Shown: positions 21,075-31,420 of the stretch, piece by piece
Numbering within the stretch: position 1 is the first letter of the stretch
Layout: every line of letters starts with the position of its first letter
Sequence record: OZ348804.1
Strand: one strand, 5' to 3'
DNA length: 32,000 nt
The notes under the pieces: generated by a model
What the model was told of the DNA's origin: nothing
Seen by the model: the letters and a program-made list of their open reading frames with translations, nothing else
The model's database searches: none
Position numbers and translations under genes: made by a program

Positions 21075-21467
21075 ATGGCTACTAAACAGCGTAAAGGCGT
21101 ACAGAAAAAAGCCCGCCGAAAGGTACAACGTGGCGTTGTACATATTTTAGCCACGTTTAATAATACATTGGTTACAATTAGTGACCGTTCTGGGATGGTG
21201 ATTGCTTCATCATCTGCAGGAGCATGCGGATTCCGTGGGGCACGAAAAGGTACTCCATTTGCTGCTCAAACAGCAGCTGAAGAAGCTGCACGTAAATCAC
21301 TCGACTATGGTTTAAAATATGTAGATGTGATGGTTAAAGGACCAGGTGCTGGGCGTGAAATGGCTATTCGTGCACTTCAACAACTTGGTTTAGGCGTTAC
21401 ATTAATCCGTGACGTGACTCCCTTACCTCATAATGGATGTCGACCACCAAAGAAACGTCGTGTTTAA
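21075..21467 (+). CDS. rps11: ribosomal protein S11
   Basis: [18 protein letters not shown]......[21 protein letters not shown]. Confidence 0.95.
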   Translation: MATKQRKGVQKKARRKVQRGVVHILATFNNTLVTISDRSGMVIASSSAGACGFRGARKGTPFAAQTAAEEAARKSLDYGLKYVDVMVKGPGAGREMAIRALQQLGLGVTLIRDVTPLPHNGCRPPKKRRV

Positions 21468-21575
21468 TCACGATACTATCTTTGTTCGAGCAAACAATTA
21501 AGTTTTGTTAAAACAAAGAAAAAACATATTTGATAAGATCATGCTCGTTTGTATCAACGAATATTTACAACCACT

Positions 21576-22670
21576 ATGAATTTTATTGTTCCAAACTCTT
21601 CAGCGAAGTTAGAGTGTGTTGAATTCCGAGAAAATAACTCGCGTGAGCATTATGCCCGACTTGTTCTTGGGCCTGTAGCCCCCGGACAGGGTGTCACACT
21701 TGGAAATACATTTCGACGTTTGTTACTAAATGATTTACCAGGTGTTGCAATTACGGCGGCAAAACTCAATCAAACAAGAACAGAATTTACAACAATTCCT
21801 GGTATTCGAGAATCAGTTGTAGAAATTTTTCTAAATTTGAGAGATATTGTATTTTTTAATACATTTCCTGATGTATTAGCCCCACAAGGGACAATTACAA
21901 TTGATCCTACTCAAATGAATTCAAGTTTGAATGACGAAGCCGCTGTGAATACAAGTGGACTGAAAGCATCTAAACCACGTGTAATTTGTGCAGGTGATAT
22001 GGAATTACCTGAAGGTGTACATTGTGTAGATCCAACACAACCAATTGCGACTTTAGTAAATGGTGAAACGCCGTTTCATTTAACTTTTATTCTTGAACAA
22101 GCAACTGGGTACCGTGTATGGAAAAAACCAACACAACCTTATGGTACTGGGTTCCACCCTCCACGCCAAGTAGATACTCCTCAAATTGAAGAAGTAAAAG
22201 CTGGTGTATTCCAACCTATTGATGGAAATTTTATGCCTGTAAAGGTTGTAAATTTCACTGTTCACGATGGGCCACCACATGGGGAATACATCCATTTTGA
22301 AATTACAACAAATGGAAGTGTACATCCACATAATGCATTTAAACATGCTGGTGCAATTTTAACAGAAATTACACGTGCAACACTTCAAGATCCACGCCCA
22401 GTTGTTGGTATTGATGAAGTAACAACACCAATTGATGCTCCGTCACAACAAATGGCTTATTTTGAAAGTATTGCAATTGAGCAATTAGAACTCTCATTAC
22501 GTGCTTATAATTGTTTAAAACGTGCACAAATTCTAACTTTAGCTGATTTAGCTAATGAATCTTATACAAGCTTATTAGCTTTACGTAATTTTGGTCAAAA
22601 ATCAGCTGAAGAAGTTACAAAAGCTTTAGCTACGTATGGGATTGAACTTGCACATGAAGCGGAAAGTTAA
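21576..22670 (+). CDS. rpoA: RNA polymerase alpha subunit (364 aa from the ATG at 21576), with an expanded middle region
   Basis: N-terminal G.TLGN..RR.LL...PG.AIT and C-terminal domain [21 protein letters not shown]. The track ORF starts at an upstream TTG (21549), so the start is uncertain. Confidence 0.88.
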   Translation: MNFIVPNSSAKLECVEFRENNSREHYARLVLGPVAPGQGVTLGNTFRRLLLNDLPGVAITAAKLNQTRTEFTTIPGIRESVVEIFLNLRDIVFFNTFPDVLAPQGTITIDPTQMNSSLNDEAAVNTSGLKASKPRVICAGDMELPEGVHCVDPTQPIATLVNGETPFHLTFILEQATGYRVWKKPTQPYGTGFHPPRQVDTPQIEEVKAGVFQPIDGNFMPVKVVNFTVHDGPPHGEYIHFEITTNGSVHPHNAFKHAGAILTEITRATLQDPRPVVGIDEVTTPIDAPSQQMAYFESIAIEQLELSLRAYNCLKRAQILTLADLANESYTSLLALRNFGQKSAEEVTKALATYGIELAHEAES

Positions 22671-22732
22671 CTTACCTTCAGTTTTTTAAAAACAAGGAAC
22701 AGGCGCATTATTACAAACAATGGAGATTGTGT

Positions 22733-23119
22733 ATGCAACAAATTTGGTCGGCCACTGGACGACGTAAGCGAGCAAGCGCTCAAGTTCGAATTGCTTCTCC
22801 GGGAACGGGAACAATTCAAATTAATCAAGTAGATGCTCAAATCTACTTACAAGGGAAATACCCAAATATCCTTAAACCATTACAACTTTTCCAGCTTGAA
22901 GACAAATGTGATATTTTCATTCAAACAACTGGTGGAGGTCTCACGGGACAAGCTGACGCAATTCGTCTTGGATGTGCTCGAGCTCTTTGCTTAATGGATC
23001 AAACGTATCGTACTGAATTAAAAGCTAATGGATTCCTTACTCGTAATTCTCTTAAAAAAGAGCGTAAAAAGTATGGATTAAAGAAAGCACGTAAAGCACC
23101 ACAATTTTCAAAGCGTTAA
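22733..23119 (+). CDS. rps9: ribosomal protein S9
   Basis: GRRK.A.A.V....G.G...IN, GGG.TGQA.AIRLG.ARAL, and the C-terminus [16 protein letters not shown] lies 7 nt upstream of the ATG. Confidence 0.92.
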   Translation: MQQIWSATGRRKRASAQVRIASPGTGTIQINQVDAQIYLQGKYPNILKPLQLFQLEDKCDIFIQTTGGGLTGQADAIRLGCARALCLMDQTYRTELKANGFLTRNSLKKERKKYGLKKARKAPQFSKR

Positions 23120-23199
23120 TTTGGTCTTTATTTAGATATTTAAAAAACTTCAGAAATTGAAGTCGATTAAATTCTTTTCATACATATATTTGTGTATAA

Positions 23200-23226
23200 G
23201 AAAGACTTGAACTCTTTAAGTCTTTC
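23200..23226 (+). terminator. stem-loop after the ribosomal-protein/rpoA/rps9 cluster (9-bp perfect stem)
   Basis: gaaagactt-gaactcttt-aagtctttc. A second 6-bp hairpin, acttca/tgaagt, lies about 50 nt upstream. Confidence 0.4.
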
Positions 23227-23243
23227 CTGTACACTATGAATAT

Positions 23244-23324
23244 GTCTTAGTGGTGGAATGGTAGACACGCAAGCTTGAGGGGTTTGTGCTTTACGGCGTG
23301 GAGGTTCGAGTCCTCTCTAAGACA
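23244..23324 (+). tRNA. trnL(GAG): tRNA-Leu(GAG), class II
   Basis: Acceptor GTCTTAG/CTAAGAC, Leu-type D-arm GTG-GAATGGTAGA-CAC, anticodon arm CAAGC-TTGAGGG-GTTTG, 13-nt variable arm, T-arm GGAGG-TTCGAGT-CCTCT. Confidence 0.85.
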
Positions 23325-23355
23325 TGTCCCATCAACGGTGGGGTTTCGCATCAAT

Positions 23356-23436
23356 GGGTCGATGCCCGAGTGGTTAATGGGGGCGGACTGTAAATCCGCT
23401 GGCTTGCCTACACTGGTTCAAATCCAGTTCGGCCCA
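23356..23436 (+). tRNA. trnY(GUA): tRNA-Tyr(GUA), class II
   Basis: GGGTCGATGCCCGAGTGGTTAATGGGGGCGGACTGTAAATCCGC... with a long variable arm. Acceptor GGGTCGA/TCGGCCC. Confidence 0.92.
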
Positions 23437-23454
23437 ATTTATTTATTTTTGACT

Positions 23455-23539
23455 GTGGCTGTGGTGGAATGGTAGACACTGGAGACTTAAAATCTCCTGC
23501 AGCTTATACTGCGTGGGGGTTCAAATCCCCCCAGCCACA
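23455..23539 (+). tRNA. trnL(UAA): tRNA-Leu(UAA), class II, without the group I intron
   Basis: GTGGCTG...GGAGA-CTTAAAA-TCTCC...GGGGG-TTCAAAT-CCCCC-CAGCCAC-A. The anticodon loop is continuous. Confidence 0.92.
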
Positions 23540-23703
23540 AATATATAATTCATAGACATTTTTTATTTGCTTTCATACATATATGATTGATATTTTTGTA
23601 TCAAAAATTTTCCGAACTTTTTGAAATAAATAGAATCAGCATGGTTATTTCGAAAAAATGAGGTATGATATCGGTGTGAGACATCAAAGCATGGAGAAAG
23701 GTG

Positions 23704-24414
23704 ATGAATTTCTTATACGATATTTCTGCCGTGGAAATCGGTCAACATTTTTATTGGACTCTTGGTGGGTTCCAAATGCATGGTCAAGTATTAATCAACT
23801 CATGGATTGTTCTTGGACTCGTAATTGCATTTGCACTTGTTACAACAAGTGAATTAAAGCCTGTTCCAGAAGGAGGGCAAAACTTAGCTGAGTTCGTTGT
23901 AGAATACATTCGTGACATTGCTAAAACACAGATTGGAGAAGACTACTTAACGTGGACACCATTTATTGGAACACTTTTCCTTTTCATCTTTGTTTCAAAC
24001 TGGTCTGGTGCACTTATCCCATGGAAAGTTCTTGAACTTCCAAATGGGGAACTTGGAGCACCAACAAATGATATTAATACAACAGTAGCACTTGCTCTTT
24101 TAGTATCAGTTGCGTATTTCTACGCTGGATTAAAGAAAAAAGGATTAGAGTATTTTGGAAAGTATGTAGAGCCTACGCCTATTCTTCTTCCAATTAACGT
24201 TCTTGAGGATTTCACAAAGCCATTATCATTAAGTTTCCGTCTTTTTGGAAACATCCTTGCCGATGAGCTTGTAGTAGCGGTACTTGTATCGTTAGTCCCT
24301 CTTGTGATTCCAATCCCGCTTATTTTCCTCGGTCTTTTTACAAGTGCAATTCAAGCACTTATTTTTGCGACACTTGCTGGAGCATACATTGGAGAAGCAC
24401 TTGAAGGACACTAA
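23704..24414 (+). CDS. atpI: ATP synthase CF0 subunit a (IV)
   Basis: [40 protein letters not shown] lies 7 nt upstream of the ATG at 23704. Confidence 0.95.
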   Translation: MNFLYDISAVEIGQHFYWTLGGFQMHGQVLINSWIVLGLVIAFALVTTSELKPVPEGGQNLAEFVVEYIRDIAKTQIGEDYLTWTPFIGTLFLFIFVSNWSGALIPWKVLELPNGELGAPTNDINTTVALALLVSVAYFYAGLKKKGLEYFGKYVEPTPILLPINVLEDFTKPLSLSFRLFGNILADELVVAVLVSLVPLVIPIPLIFLGLFTSAIQALIFATLAGAYIGEALEGH

Positions 24415-24684
24415 TCTTTCTTGTTCTTTTCTCTATTTCCGCATGTCCATGCATACATCTAAGTTTTACATGGGATAGCATTACCGATGGGGCGAATGAT
24501 TTTATTCGCCCTTGACCTTTTACATAAACTTAAACAGACATCAAAACAATTTTTCTACGGCGTTTTCATTTTTCTGCCCTTGTTACTTTATTTAAACCTG
24601 ACAAATAAACTGATTTTTTCAAATTGTTCTTTCTCTTCAAAGCAAATTAAAGATTAAATTAAAACATACTTTCAAAAAGCCTAG

Positions 24685-24984
<300 letters not shown>

Positions 24985-25018
24985 TTTCATTTTTTGAAAT
25001 TCCAAAAGAAATGTTTTT

Positions 25019-25052
25019 CTGCCCGAATCTGTATTTAACATGATTCGGGCAG
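25019..25052 (+). terminator. stem-loop after atpH (11-bp perfect stem)
   Basis: ctgcccgaatc-(12 nt)-gattcgggcag. Confidence 0.45.
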
Positions 25053-25185
25053 TTTATTTAAGATTCAGATGTGGTCTTCAATAAAGAAACAACTCTGAGT
25101 CACGCTGTAGATGAAGCATACACACTTTAAACGTGTGACACTTTTCTACTATACAAATTCCAAATTACCTGGAGGTTTCACACGA

Positions 25186-25692
25186 ATGGTATCACTTGCA
25201 GAAGGATTCGGATTCAATACGAATCTTCTTGAAACTAACATTCTCAACCTCGCTGTTGTTCTTCCACTCGTTTTTTCGCTTGGAAAGGATACATTAACAT
25301 CTATCCTAGACACTCGACGAGAGAAAATTCTTAGCAGTCTCCGTAGTGCAGATGACCGATTTAAGCAAGCGCAATTAGAACTTGATGCTGCAAAATCTGA
25401 ACTTGCTCTTGCTGCTGAAAAAGTAAAAGAGATTCAAAGCGAAGGACAGAAAACAATGGAAGCTCTTCGTCTTGAAGAAACAAAACGTTATGAAGAACTT
25501 CACCAACGTTTTGATGATCTTAAAGAAGAAACAGTTCGCCTTGAAGAAGAGAAAGTTGTAAACACTTTCCGTCAACAACTTATTAGTGTAGCTTTTGAAA
25601 AAGCAATTGAAGGAATTCGTTCAAAAATGGATGATAAACTTCAACGTAAATACATTGATGCAAAAATTGCCCTTATGAATAGTTCACTCTAA
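25186..25692 (+). CDS. atpF: ATP synthase CF0 subunit b (I), no intron
   Basis: GFGFNTNLLETNILNLAVVL followed by a long charged helix. GGAGG lies 10 nt upstream of the ATG at 25186. Sits between atpH and atpA. Confidence 0.9.
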   Translation: MVSLAEGFGFNTNLLETNILNLAVVLPLVFSLGKDTLTSILDTRREKILSSLRSADDRFKQAQLELDAAKSELALAAEKVKEIQSEGQKTMEALRLEETKRYEELHQRFDDLKEETVRLEEEKVVNTFRQQLISVAFEKAIEGIRSKMDDKLQRKYIDAKIALMNSSL

Positions 25693-25879
25693 GAGCGAAC
25701 CATTTAGCAATTTTTCTAAGAGATTGAGTTAGGTTTTTATTTACTCAATACTCTTGAAGACAAATAGAATTGTCTTCCCTCTATGCGGTTAGCTTCATTT
25801 TAAAACTCCAGATGGAGTCTTAAAAGCTTACCAATTTGTGAAAAATTAATCCCAAAGATTGAATCGAACCGAGGATCAC

Positions 25880-27400
25880 ATGGTAAAAATTCGCCCAGAT
25901 GAAATTAGTAGCGTTATTCGTCAACAGATTGAGCAATACACGCAAGAAGCACAAGTTGTAAATGTTGGAACTGTACTTCAAGTTGGAGATGGAATTGCTC
26001 GAATCTACGGATTAGAGAAAGTAATGGCTGGTGAATTACTTGAGTTCAAGGATGGAACAATTGGTGTTGCATTAAACCTTGAATCAGATAACGTTGGTGC
26101 TGTACTTATGGGTGAGGGACTCTCTATCCAAGAAGGTGATGCAGTAAAAGCAACTGGAAAAATTGCACAAGTTCCTGTTGGAGAAGCATTTTTAGGTCGT
26201 GTAGTTGATGCATTAGCTCGCCCAATCGACGGTAAAGGTGATATTCCTTCATCAGATACTCGTTTAATTGAGTCACCTGCACCAGGAATTATTGCTCGTA
26301 AATCAGTATATGAGCCACTTCAGACTGGTCTTGTATCAATTGATGCAATGATTCCAATTGGACGTGGACAACGTGAATTAATTATTGGTGACCGTCAAAC
26401 AGGTAAAACAGCAGTAGCAACTGATACAATCATTAACCAAAAAGGTGGTGACTGTATTTGTGTATATGTTGCAATTGGTCAAAAAGCTTCATCGGTAGCG
26501 CAAATTGTAACAACTTTAACAAATGCTGGAGCAATGGAGTACACAATTGTTGTAGCTGAGAATGCAAACGCACCAGCAACACTTCAGTACCTTGCACCAT
26601 ATACAGGTGCATCACTTGCTGAGTACTTTATGTACTCAGGACGTGCTACACTTATCATTTATGATGATCTTTCAAAGCAAGCACAGGCATACCGTCAGAT
26701 GTCACTTCTTCTTAAGCGTCCTCCAGGTCGTGAAGCATACCCAGGAGATGTATTCTACCTTCACTCACGTCTTCTTGAGCGTGCAGCGAAGCTTAATGAA
26801 TCATTAGGGGAAGGAAGTATGACAGCTCTTCCAATTATTGAAACACAAGGTGGTGATGTAGCTGCATACATTCCAACAAACGTAATTTCAATTACTGATG
26901 GGCAAGTATTCCTTTCAGCTGACCTTTTTAACTCTGGTATTCGTCCAGCAATTAACGTTGGTATTTCAGTATCACGTGTAGGTTCAGCAGCTCAAATTAA
27001 AGCAATGAAGCAAGTTGCTGGAACACTTAAGTTAGAACTTGCACAGTTCGCAGAGCTTGAGGCATTCTCACAGTTTGCATCAGACCTTGACCAAGCAACA
27101 CAAAACCAACTTGCACGTGGTGTACGTTTACGTGAGCTTCTTAAGCAAGCGCAATCAGCTCCACTTTCAGTAGATATGCAAGTTGTAACTATTTACGCAG
27201 GAACAAAAGGATACCTCGATAAGCTTGAGGTAGGACAAGTTCGTCCATTCCTTGAAGGACTTCGTGAGTACATGAAGACAAACAAGGCTGCATTTAGTAC
27301 TGCAGTTAATGAGTCTAAAGCTATGTCACCTGAATCTGAAGAGATGTTAAAAGAAGGAATTGCAGCTTACACAGCTATGTTCCTTGAAACAGCAAAATAA
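25880..27400 (+). CDS. atpA: ATP synthase CF1 alpha subunit
   Basis: [20 protein letters not shown], Walker A GDRQTGKT, ...[24 protein letters not shown]. The start at ATG 25880 is preceded by GAGGA. Confidence 0.98.
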   Translation: MVKIRPDEISSVIRQQIEQYTQEAQVVNVGTVLQVGDGIARIYGLEKVMAGELLEFKDGTIGVALNLESDNVGAVLMGEGLSIQEGDAVKATGKIAQVPVGEAFLGRVVDALARPIDGKGDIPSSDTRLIESPAPGIIARKSVYEPLQTGLVSIDAMIPIGRGQRELIIGDRQTGKTAVATDTIINQKGGDCICVYVAIGQKASSVAQIVTTLTNAGAMEYTIVVAENANAPATLQYLAPYTGASLAEYFMYSGRATLIIYDDLSKQAQAYRQMSLLLKRPPGREAYPGDVFYLHSRLLERAAKLNESLGEGSMTALPIIETQGGDVAAYIPTNVISITDGQVFLSADLFNSGIRPAINVGISVSRVGSAAQIKAMKQVAGTLKLELAQFAELEAFSQFASDLDQATQNQLARGVRLRELLKQAQSAPLSVDMQVVTIYAGTKGYLDKLEVGQVRPFLEGLREYMKTNKAAFSTAVNESKAMSPESEEMLKEGIAAYTAMFLETAK

Positions 27401-27450
27401 TCTTTATCAAAGCGCTTTAGTAAGTACCTAGTGCTTTTGAGTCGCTAATG

Positions 27451-27490
27451 GACGGTGTTTGGGAATAAATATTTATTCCCAAACACCGTC
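27451..27490 (+). terminator. 40-nt perfect palindrome (20-bp stem) after atpA, followed by a T-rich tract
   Basis: gacggtgtttgggaataaat/atttattcccaaacaccgtc is an exact reverse complement, starting 51 nt after the atpA stop. Confidence 0.6.
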
Positions 27491-27677
27491 TAAATTTTTC
27501 TCACTTTTTTATTTTTTAACCTTACAGAGCACAAATCAATTTACACAAAAAGATGACGAACCAATAAAAATATGCTAAAGTAGCTATAAAGAATTCTATG
27601 TGTTTCAAAACACGAACTCGTTTGCTCGAAAGATAGATTGAGCAACTTATTTTAATCCTCCCTAATCTCTTTGACAT

Positions 27678-27980
27678 ATGGCAAAAAAATCAATGATTGC
27701 GCGTGAAACAAAACGCCAACGCCTTGTACAGAAATATGCACAGAAACGTGCACAATTTAAGCAAGATCTCCGTAATGCAGGTTCAATTCGTGAAGTAGTA
27801 ACAATTCACCGCCAATTCCAAACATTACCACGTAATAGTGCTCCAGTTCGTTTACATAACCGATGTGTACAAACAGGTCGACCAAAAGGATATTACCGTG
27901 ATTTCGGTCTTTCACGTCATGTGTTACGCGAAATGGCACACCAGTGTTTACTCCCAGGAGTACGTAAAGCTAGTTGGTAA
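27678..27980 (+). CDS. rps14: ribosomal protein S14
   Basis: [16 protein letters not shown], ...[43 protein letters not shown]. Confidence 0.96.
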   Translation: MAKKSMIARETKRQRLVQKYAQKRAQFKQDLRNAGSIREVVTIHRQFQTLPRNSAPVRLHNRCVQTGRPKGYYRDFGLSRHVLREMAHQCLLPGVRKASW

Positions 27981-28012
27981 AACACTGAAAAATGACTGTA
28001 TGAGTCTGGAGT

Positions 28013-28046
28013 GGGGTATGTGTTGACTTTTCAACTGTCTTACCCC
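28013..28046 (+). terminator. nested stem-loop after rps14, followed by a T-run
   Basis: ggggta...gttga-cttt-tcaac...tacccc, then attttttg. Confidence 0.4.
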
Positions 28047-28111
28047 ATTTTTTGATTCAAGAGGGAATATATTGACTTTTTGGTCACCTCCCTTCATAAT
28101 ATATTGTAGTT

Positions 28112-28183
28112 TGGGGCATAGCCAAGTGGTAAGGCGACGGTTTTTGGCTCCGTTATCCGGAGGTTCGAGTCCTTCTGCCCCAG
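28112..28183 (+). tRNA. trnQ(UUG): tRNA-Gln(UUG)
   Basis: TGGGGCATAGCCAAGTGGTAAGGCGACGGTTTTTGGCTCCGT...GGAGGTTCGAGTCCTTCTGCCCCAG, with the U1-A72 pair and overall pattern typical of plastid trnQ. Confidence 0.88.
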
Positions 28184-28224
28184 TAAAAAGGAAATTTCAG
28201 ATTATTTTTTCATTAGAGTTTACT

Positions 28225-29148
28225 ATGAATAACAAAAACTTTTTTGTGACTGTAGCAGCAGCTTTTATGCTCACATTCACAGGATCAGCAAATGCTTACC
28301 CAGTATATGCTCAAAATGGGTATGAAAACCCTCGTGAAGCAACAGGTCGTATTGTATGTGCAAACTGTCACCTTGCTCAAAAGCCAGTGGATATCGAAGT
28401 ACCGCAAGCTGTACTCCCAGATACAGTATTTGAAGCTGTAGTAAAGATTCCATATGATCAGCAAGTGAAGCAAGTTCTTGGAAACGGGAAAAAAGGTCCA
28501 TTAAACGTTGGAGCTGTTCTTATTCTTCCAGAAGGATTCCAAATTGCACCACCTGAGCGTATGTCTGCAGAACTTCAAGAAAAAGTTGGAAAACTTTATT
28601 TCCAACCGTACAGTGAAGATAAGAAAAACATTCTTATTGTTGGTCCAGTTCCTGGTAAGAAATACAGTGAAATGGTTTTCCCAATTCTTGCTCCAGATCC
28701 ATCAAAATCTAAAGATGTAAATTACCTTACATACCCAATTTACCTTGGTGGTAACCGTGGGCGTGGACAAGTATATCCAGATGGAACAAAGAGTAACAAC
28801 ACTGTATACAATGCACCAGCTGCTGGTACAGTAAGTGCTATTAATACAACTGATAAAGGTGTAGATGTTATTATTACATCAGCAACTGGAGATAAGTCAA
28901 CAACAGCAATTCCAGCTGGTCCAGATATTCTTGTAGCTGTAGGACAAGCAGTACAAGCAGATCAACCGTTAACTAATAACCCTAATGTAGGTGGTTTCGG
29001 GCAAGGAGAAACAGAAATTGTACTCCAGAACCCAGCTCGTCTTCAAGGTCTTATTATTTTCCTTGGTTTTGTACTTATTGCACAAGTATTCCTTGTTCTT
29101 AAGAAGAAGCAATTCGAGAAAGTACAGCTTTCAGAAATGAACTTCTAA
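28225..29148 (+). CDS. petA: cytochrome f precursor (307 aa from the ATG at 28225)
   Basis: Signal peptide [24 protein letters not shown], then the mature N-terminus YPVYAQ, haem site CANCHLA, and a C-terminal membrane anchor. The track ORF start (28072) reads through trnQ and is rejected. Confidence 0.96.
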   Translation: MNNKNFFVTVAAAFMLTFTGSANAYPVYAQNGYENPREATGRIVCANCHLAQKPVDIEVPQAVLPDTVFEAVVKIPYDQQVKQVLGNGKKGPLNVGAVLILPEGFQIAPPERMSAELQEKVGKLYFQPYSEDKKNILIVGPVPGKKYSEMVFPILAPDPSKSKDVNYLTYPIYLGGNRGRGQVYPDGTKSNNTVYNAPAAGTVSAINTTDKGVDVIITSATGDKSTTAIPAGPDILVAVGQAVQADQPLTNNPNVGGFGQGETEIVLQNPARLQGLIIFLGFVLIAQVFLVLKKKQFEKVQLSEMNF

Positions 29149-29159
29149 TGCATAAATCG

Positions 29160-29190
29160 AATGAACCTATGAATAATTCATAGGTTCATT
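29160..29190. terminator. perfect 13-14-bp inverted repeat between the convergent petA(+) and petG(-) units
   Basis: atgaacctatgaa-taa-ttcataggttcat read directly, 12 nt after the petA stop. Confidence 0.5.
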
Positions 29191-29252
29191 TCCTATAAAT
29201 GAAAAGAGTCAAGATAAATACGAGAGTAAATCTTTCATTATTATAAAAAGTG

Positions 29253-29321
29253 GCCAGTGGGATGGGGCGTTCCTTGTATAAGCTGCAACTGCAACCATTG
29301 CGATTCGCCCCGCACGTGGCG
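29253..29321. other. GC-rich imperfect long hairpin in an AT-rich spacer; possibly a 3' processing or stability element for the rbcL-petG transcript, or a small structured RNA
   Basis: CCAGTGGGATGGGGCG ... CGCCCCGCACGTGG arms enclose about 37 nt. Local GC is far above the flanking spacer. I recognised no convincing ORF or tRNA fold. Confidence 0.3.
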
Positions 29322-29352
29322 CATGGAATGCCTATATTGAAAATCAATAATC

Positions 29353-29466
29353 TTAAAGATTTAATTGATCTCCACGACGGTACTGAAGGTAGGCTGTCAC
29401 GAAGAGCCCAGAAAGAGTAACCGGGATGAGTCCAAGAACAATTCCAGAAAGAAGTGTTTCAACCAT
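29353..29466 (-). CDS. petG: cytochrome b6f subunit V (PetG), 37 aa; absent from the ORF track
   Basis: Hand translation of the minus strand gives [37 protein letters not shown], which matches the PetG pattern (MVE.LL.GIVLGL...[15 protein letters not shown]). Confidence 0.9.
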   Translation of the reverse strand: MVETLLSGIVLGLIPVTLSGLFVTAYLQYRRGDQLNL

Positions 29467-29514
29467 GATATGATACCTCGGTAATAGATAAATAGTCTAT
29501 TCGCAGTGGAATAG

Positions 29515-29542
29515 GTGCCCTAGTACTTAAGTACTAGGGCAC
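29515..29542 (-). terminator. rbcL 3' stem-loop: 28-nt perfect palindrome
   Basis: gtgccctagtactt/aagtactagggcac, 48 nt downstream of the rbcL stop on the minus strand. Confidence 0.6.
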
Positions 29543-29589
29543 AAAAACTTAAATATAAGAATTTACATTCTTATACATAAGGTTACTGA

Positions 29590-31017
29590 TTAGAGAGTAT
29601 CTACAGTATCGAATTCGAACTTAATCTCTTTCCATACTTCACATGCTGCTGCAAGCTCAGGAGACCACTTACAAGCTGCACGGATAACATATCCACCCTC
29701 ACGAGCGAGGTCACGACCTTCGTTACGAGCCTGAGTACAAGCCTCAAGAGCTACACGGTTAGCAGATGCACCTGGAGCGTTACCCCATGGGTGTCCAAGA
29801 GTTCCACCACCAAACTGTAAACAAGCGTCATCACCAAAGATCTCTACGAGAGCTGGCATGTGCCATACGTGAATACCACCAGAAGCTACTGGCATTACAC
29901 CAGGGAGAGATCCCCAGTTCTGAGTGAAGTAAACTCCACGGTCACGGTCCTTCTCAACGATTGGGTCACGCATAAGGTCAACGAAACCAAGAGTTACGTT
30001 ACGCTCACCTTCAAGCTTACCTACTACAGTTCCTGAGTGAAGGTGGTCACCTCCAGAAAGACGGAGAGCCTTAGCAAGTACACGGAAGTGAATACCGTGG
30101 TTACGCTGACGGTCAATTACTGCGTGCATTGCACGGTGAATGTGAAGAAGAAGTCCTTCATCACGACAGTAAATTGCAAGTGAAGTGTTTGCAGTGAAAC
30201 CACCAGTAATGTAGTCGTGCATAATAATAGGTAATCCTAATTCTTTAGCACACTTAGCACGCTTGATCATCTCTTCAGATGTAGCAGCAGTTACGTTAAG
30301 GTAGTGTCCCTTAATTTCCCCAGTCTCAGCTTGAGCCTTGTAAATAGCCTCAGCACAGAAAAGGAAACGGTCACGCCAACGCATGAATGGCTGAGAGTTT
30401 ACGTTCTCATCATCCTTAGTGAAGTCAAGACCACCACGAAGACACTCGTATACTGCACGACCGTAGTTCTTAGCAGAAAGTCCAAGCTTAGGCTTAATAG
30501 TACATCCAAGGAGACCACGTCCGTACTTGTTTAACTTATCACGCTCAACCTGGATTCCGTGAGGAGCACCCTGGAAAGTCTTACAGTAAGCTACTGGAAT
30601 ACGTAAATCTTCTAAACGAAGTGCACGAAGTGCTTTGAAACCAAATACGTTACCTACAATAGATGTGAAAAGGTTAGTTACTGACCCTTCCTCAAATAAG
30701 TCGATTGGGTAAGCAATGTATGCGATGTATTGGTTATCTTCACCTGGAACTGGCTCAAGATCGTAACAACGACCCTTGTAACGGTCAAGCTGAGTAAGAC
30801 CATCAGTCCATACAGTTGTCCATGTACCAGTTGATGACTCAGCTGCTACTGCTGCTCCACACTCCTCACAAGGTACACCTGGTTGTGGTGTCATACGGAA
30901 TGCTGCAAGAATATCAGTTGCTTGCACCTGGTAATCAGGAGTGTAGTAAGTTAAACGGTAATCCTTAACTCCAGCCTTGAATCCAGACTGAGTCATTGTT
31001 TGAGTTTGCGGTGACAT
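29590..31017 (-). CDS. rbcL: RuBisCO large subunit, form IB (green type), 475 aa
   Basis: Full-length match: [41 protein letters not shown], active-site [12 protein letters not shown]-terminus [26 protein letters not shown]. Confidence 0.99.
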   Translation of the reverse strand: MSPQTQTMTQSGFKAGVKDYRLTYYTPDYQVQATDILAAFRMTPQPGVPCEECGAAVAAESSTGTWTTVWTDGLTQLDRYKGRCYDLEPVPGEDNQYIAYIAYPIDLFEEGSVTNLFTSIVGNVFGFKALRALRLEDLRIPVAYCKTFQGAPHGIQVERDKLNKYGRGLLGCTIKPKLGLSAKNYGRAVYECLRGGLDFTKDDENVNSQPFMRWRDRFLFCAEAIYKAQAETGEIKGHYLNVTAATSEEMIKRAKCAKELGLPIIMHDYITGGFTANTSLAIYCRDEGLLLHIHRAMHAVIDRQRNHGIHFRVLAKALRLSGGDHLHSGTVVGKLEGERNVTLGFVDLMRDPIVEKDRDRGVYFTQNWGSLPGVMPVASGGIHVWHMPALVEIFGDDACLQFGGGTLGHPWGNAPGASANRVALEACTQARNEGRDLAREGGYVIRAACKWSPELAAACEVWKEIKFEFDTVDTL

Positions 31018-31113
31018 AATTTTTTATTTATGAAGAACACGAATCCATAATCTCTAAATCTACTCGTTATAAATGTGTTGAATTTCCACTAAAATGGAAC
31101 ACCTTTCTTAAAT

Positions 31114-31142
31114 ATTGTACATAGGTTCAACTTCGCTGACAA
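31114..31142 (-). promoter_or_regulatory. candidate sigma70-type rbcL promoter: TTGTCA-N17-TACAAT
   Basis: On the minus strand the -35 TTGTCA is at 31137-31142, the spacer is exactly 17 nt, and the -10 TACAAT is at 31114-31119. This is about 95 nt upstream of the rbcL ATG and downstream of trnF. Confidence 0.45.
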
Positions 31143-31173
31143 GCGATTTATTCAAATTTGTTTTAGTTTTGTT

Positions 31174-31246
<73 letters not shown>

Positions 31247-31337
31247 GATATGTATATAGTACAGTACAATTTTCTGTCATGAATGTCAAGCTTGTTTCTT
31301 AGAACTTATCATACTCTATCAACGTTATATTCGAATC

Positions 31338-31383
31338 ATTCTATTTTTATTTCACTTAATTAAAGGCAAAATAAAAATAGAAT
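31338..31383 (-). terminator. psaJ 3' stem-loop (15-bp perfect AT-rich stem)
   Basis: attctatttttattt-(16 nt)-aaataaaaatagaat. Confidence 0.45.
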
Positions 31384-31420
31384 TTGTGCAAAGCCCAAAG
31401 GACTTACAATAAATTACCCA

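Noticed and set aside
20965-21150. A 61-aa ORF in the infA-rps11 spacer, considered as a possible rpl36 or rps13 remnant.
   Set aside because: It starts at TTG, its sequence is hydrophobic (…[21 protein letters not shown]…), and it overlaps rps11 out of frame. It has no resemblance to L36 or S13.
23275-23475. A 66-aa ORF spanning the trnL(GAG)-trnY-trnL(UAA) cluster, and the 64-aa ORF at 23658-23852.
   Set aside because: The first is composed of tRNA gene sequence. The second overlaps the atpI start out of frame.
29253-29321. Whether the GC-rich island is a tmRNA, tRNA-like gene or degenerate tRNA. It begins GGGGCG... and pairs with ...CGCCCC.
   Set aside because: It has no T-loop (GTTCRANYC) or D-loop consensus and no CCA-proximal acceptor geometry, and it is too short for ssrA, rnpB or ffs. 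It is kept only as an unexplained structure.
30865-30885. A CEEC (CxxC-like) motif in RbcL ([17 protein letters not shown]), considered as a possible novel redox site.
   Set aside because: As I recall, the second Cys (PPEEC) already occurs in other chlorophyte RbcL sequences, so only one substitution is new. A single residue change in a conserved enzyme is not evidence of a new function without structural or biochemical data.
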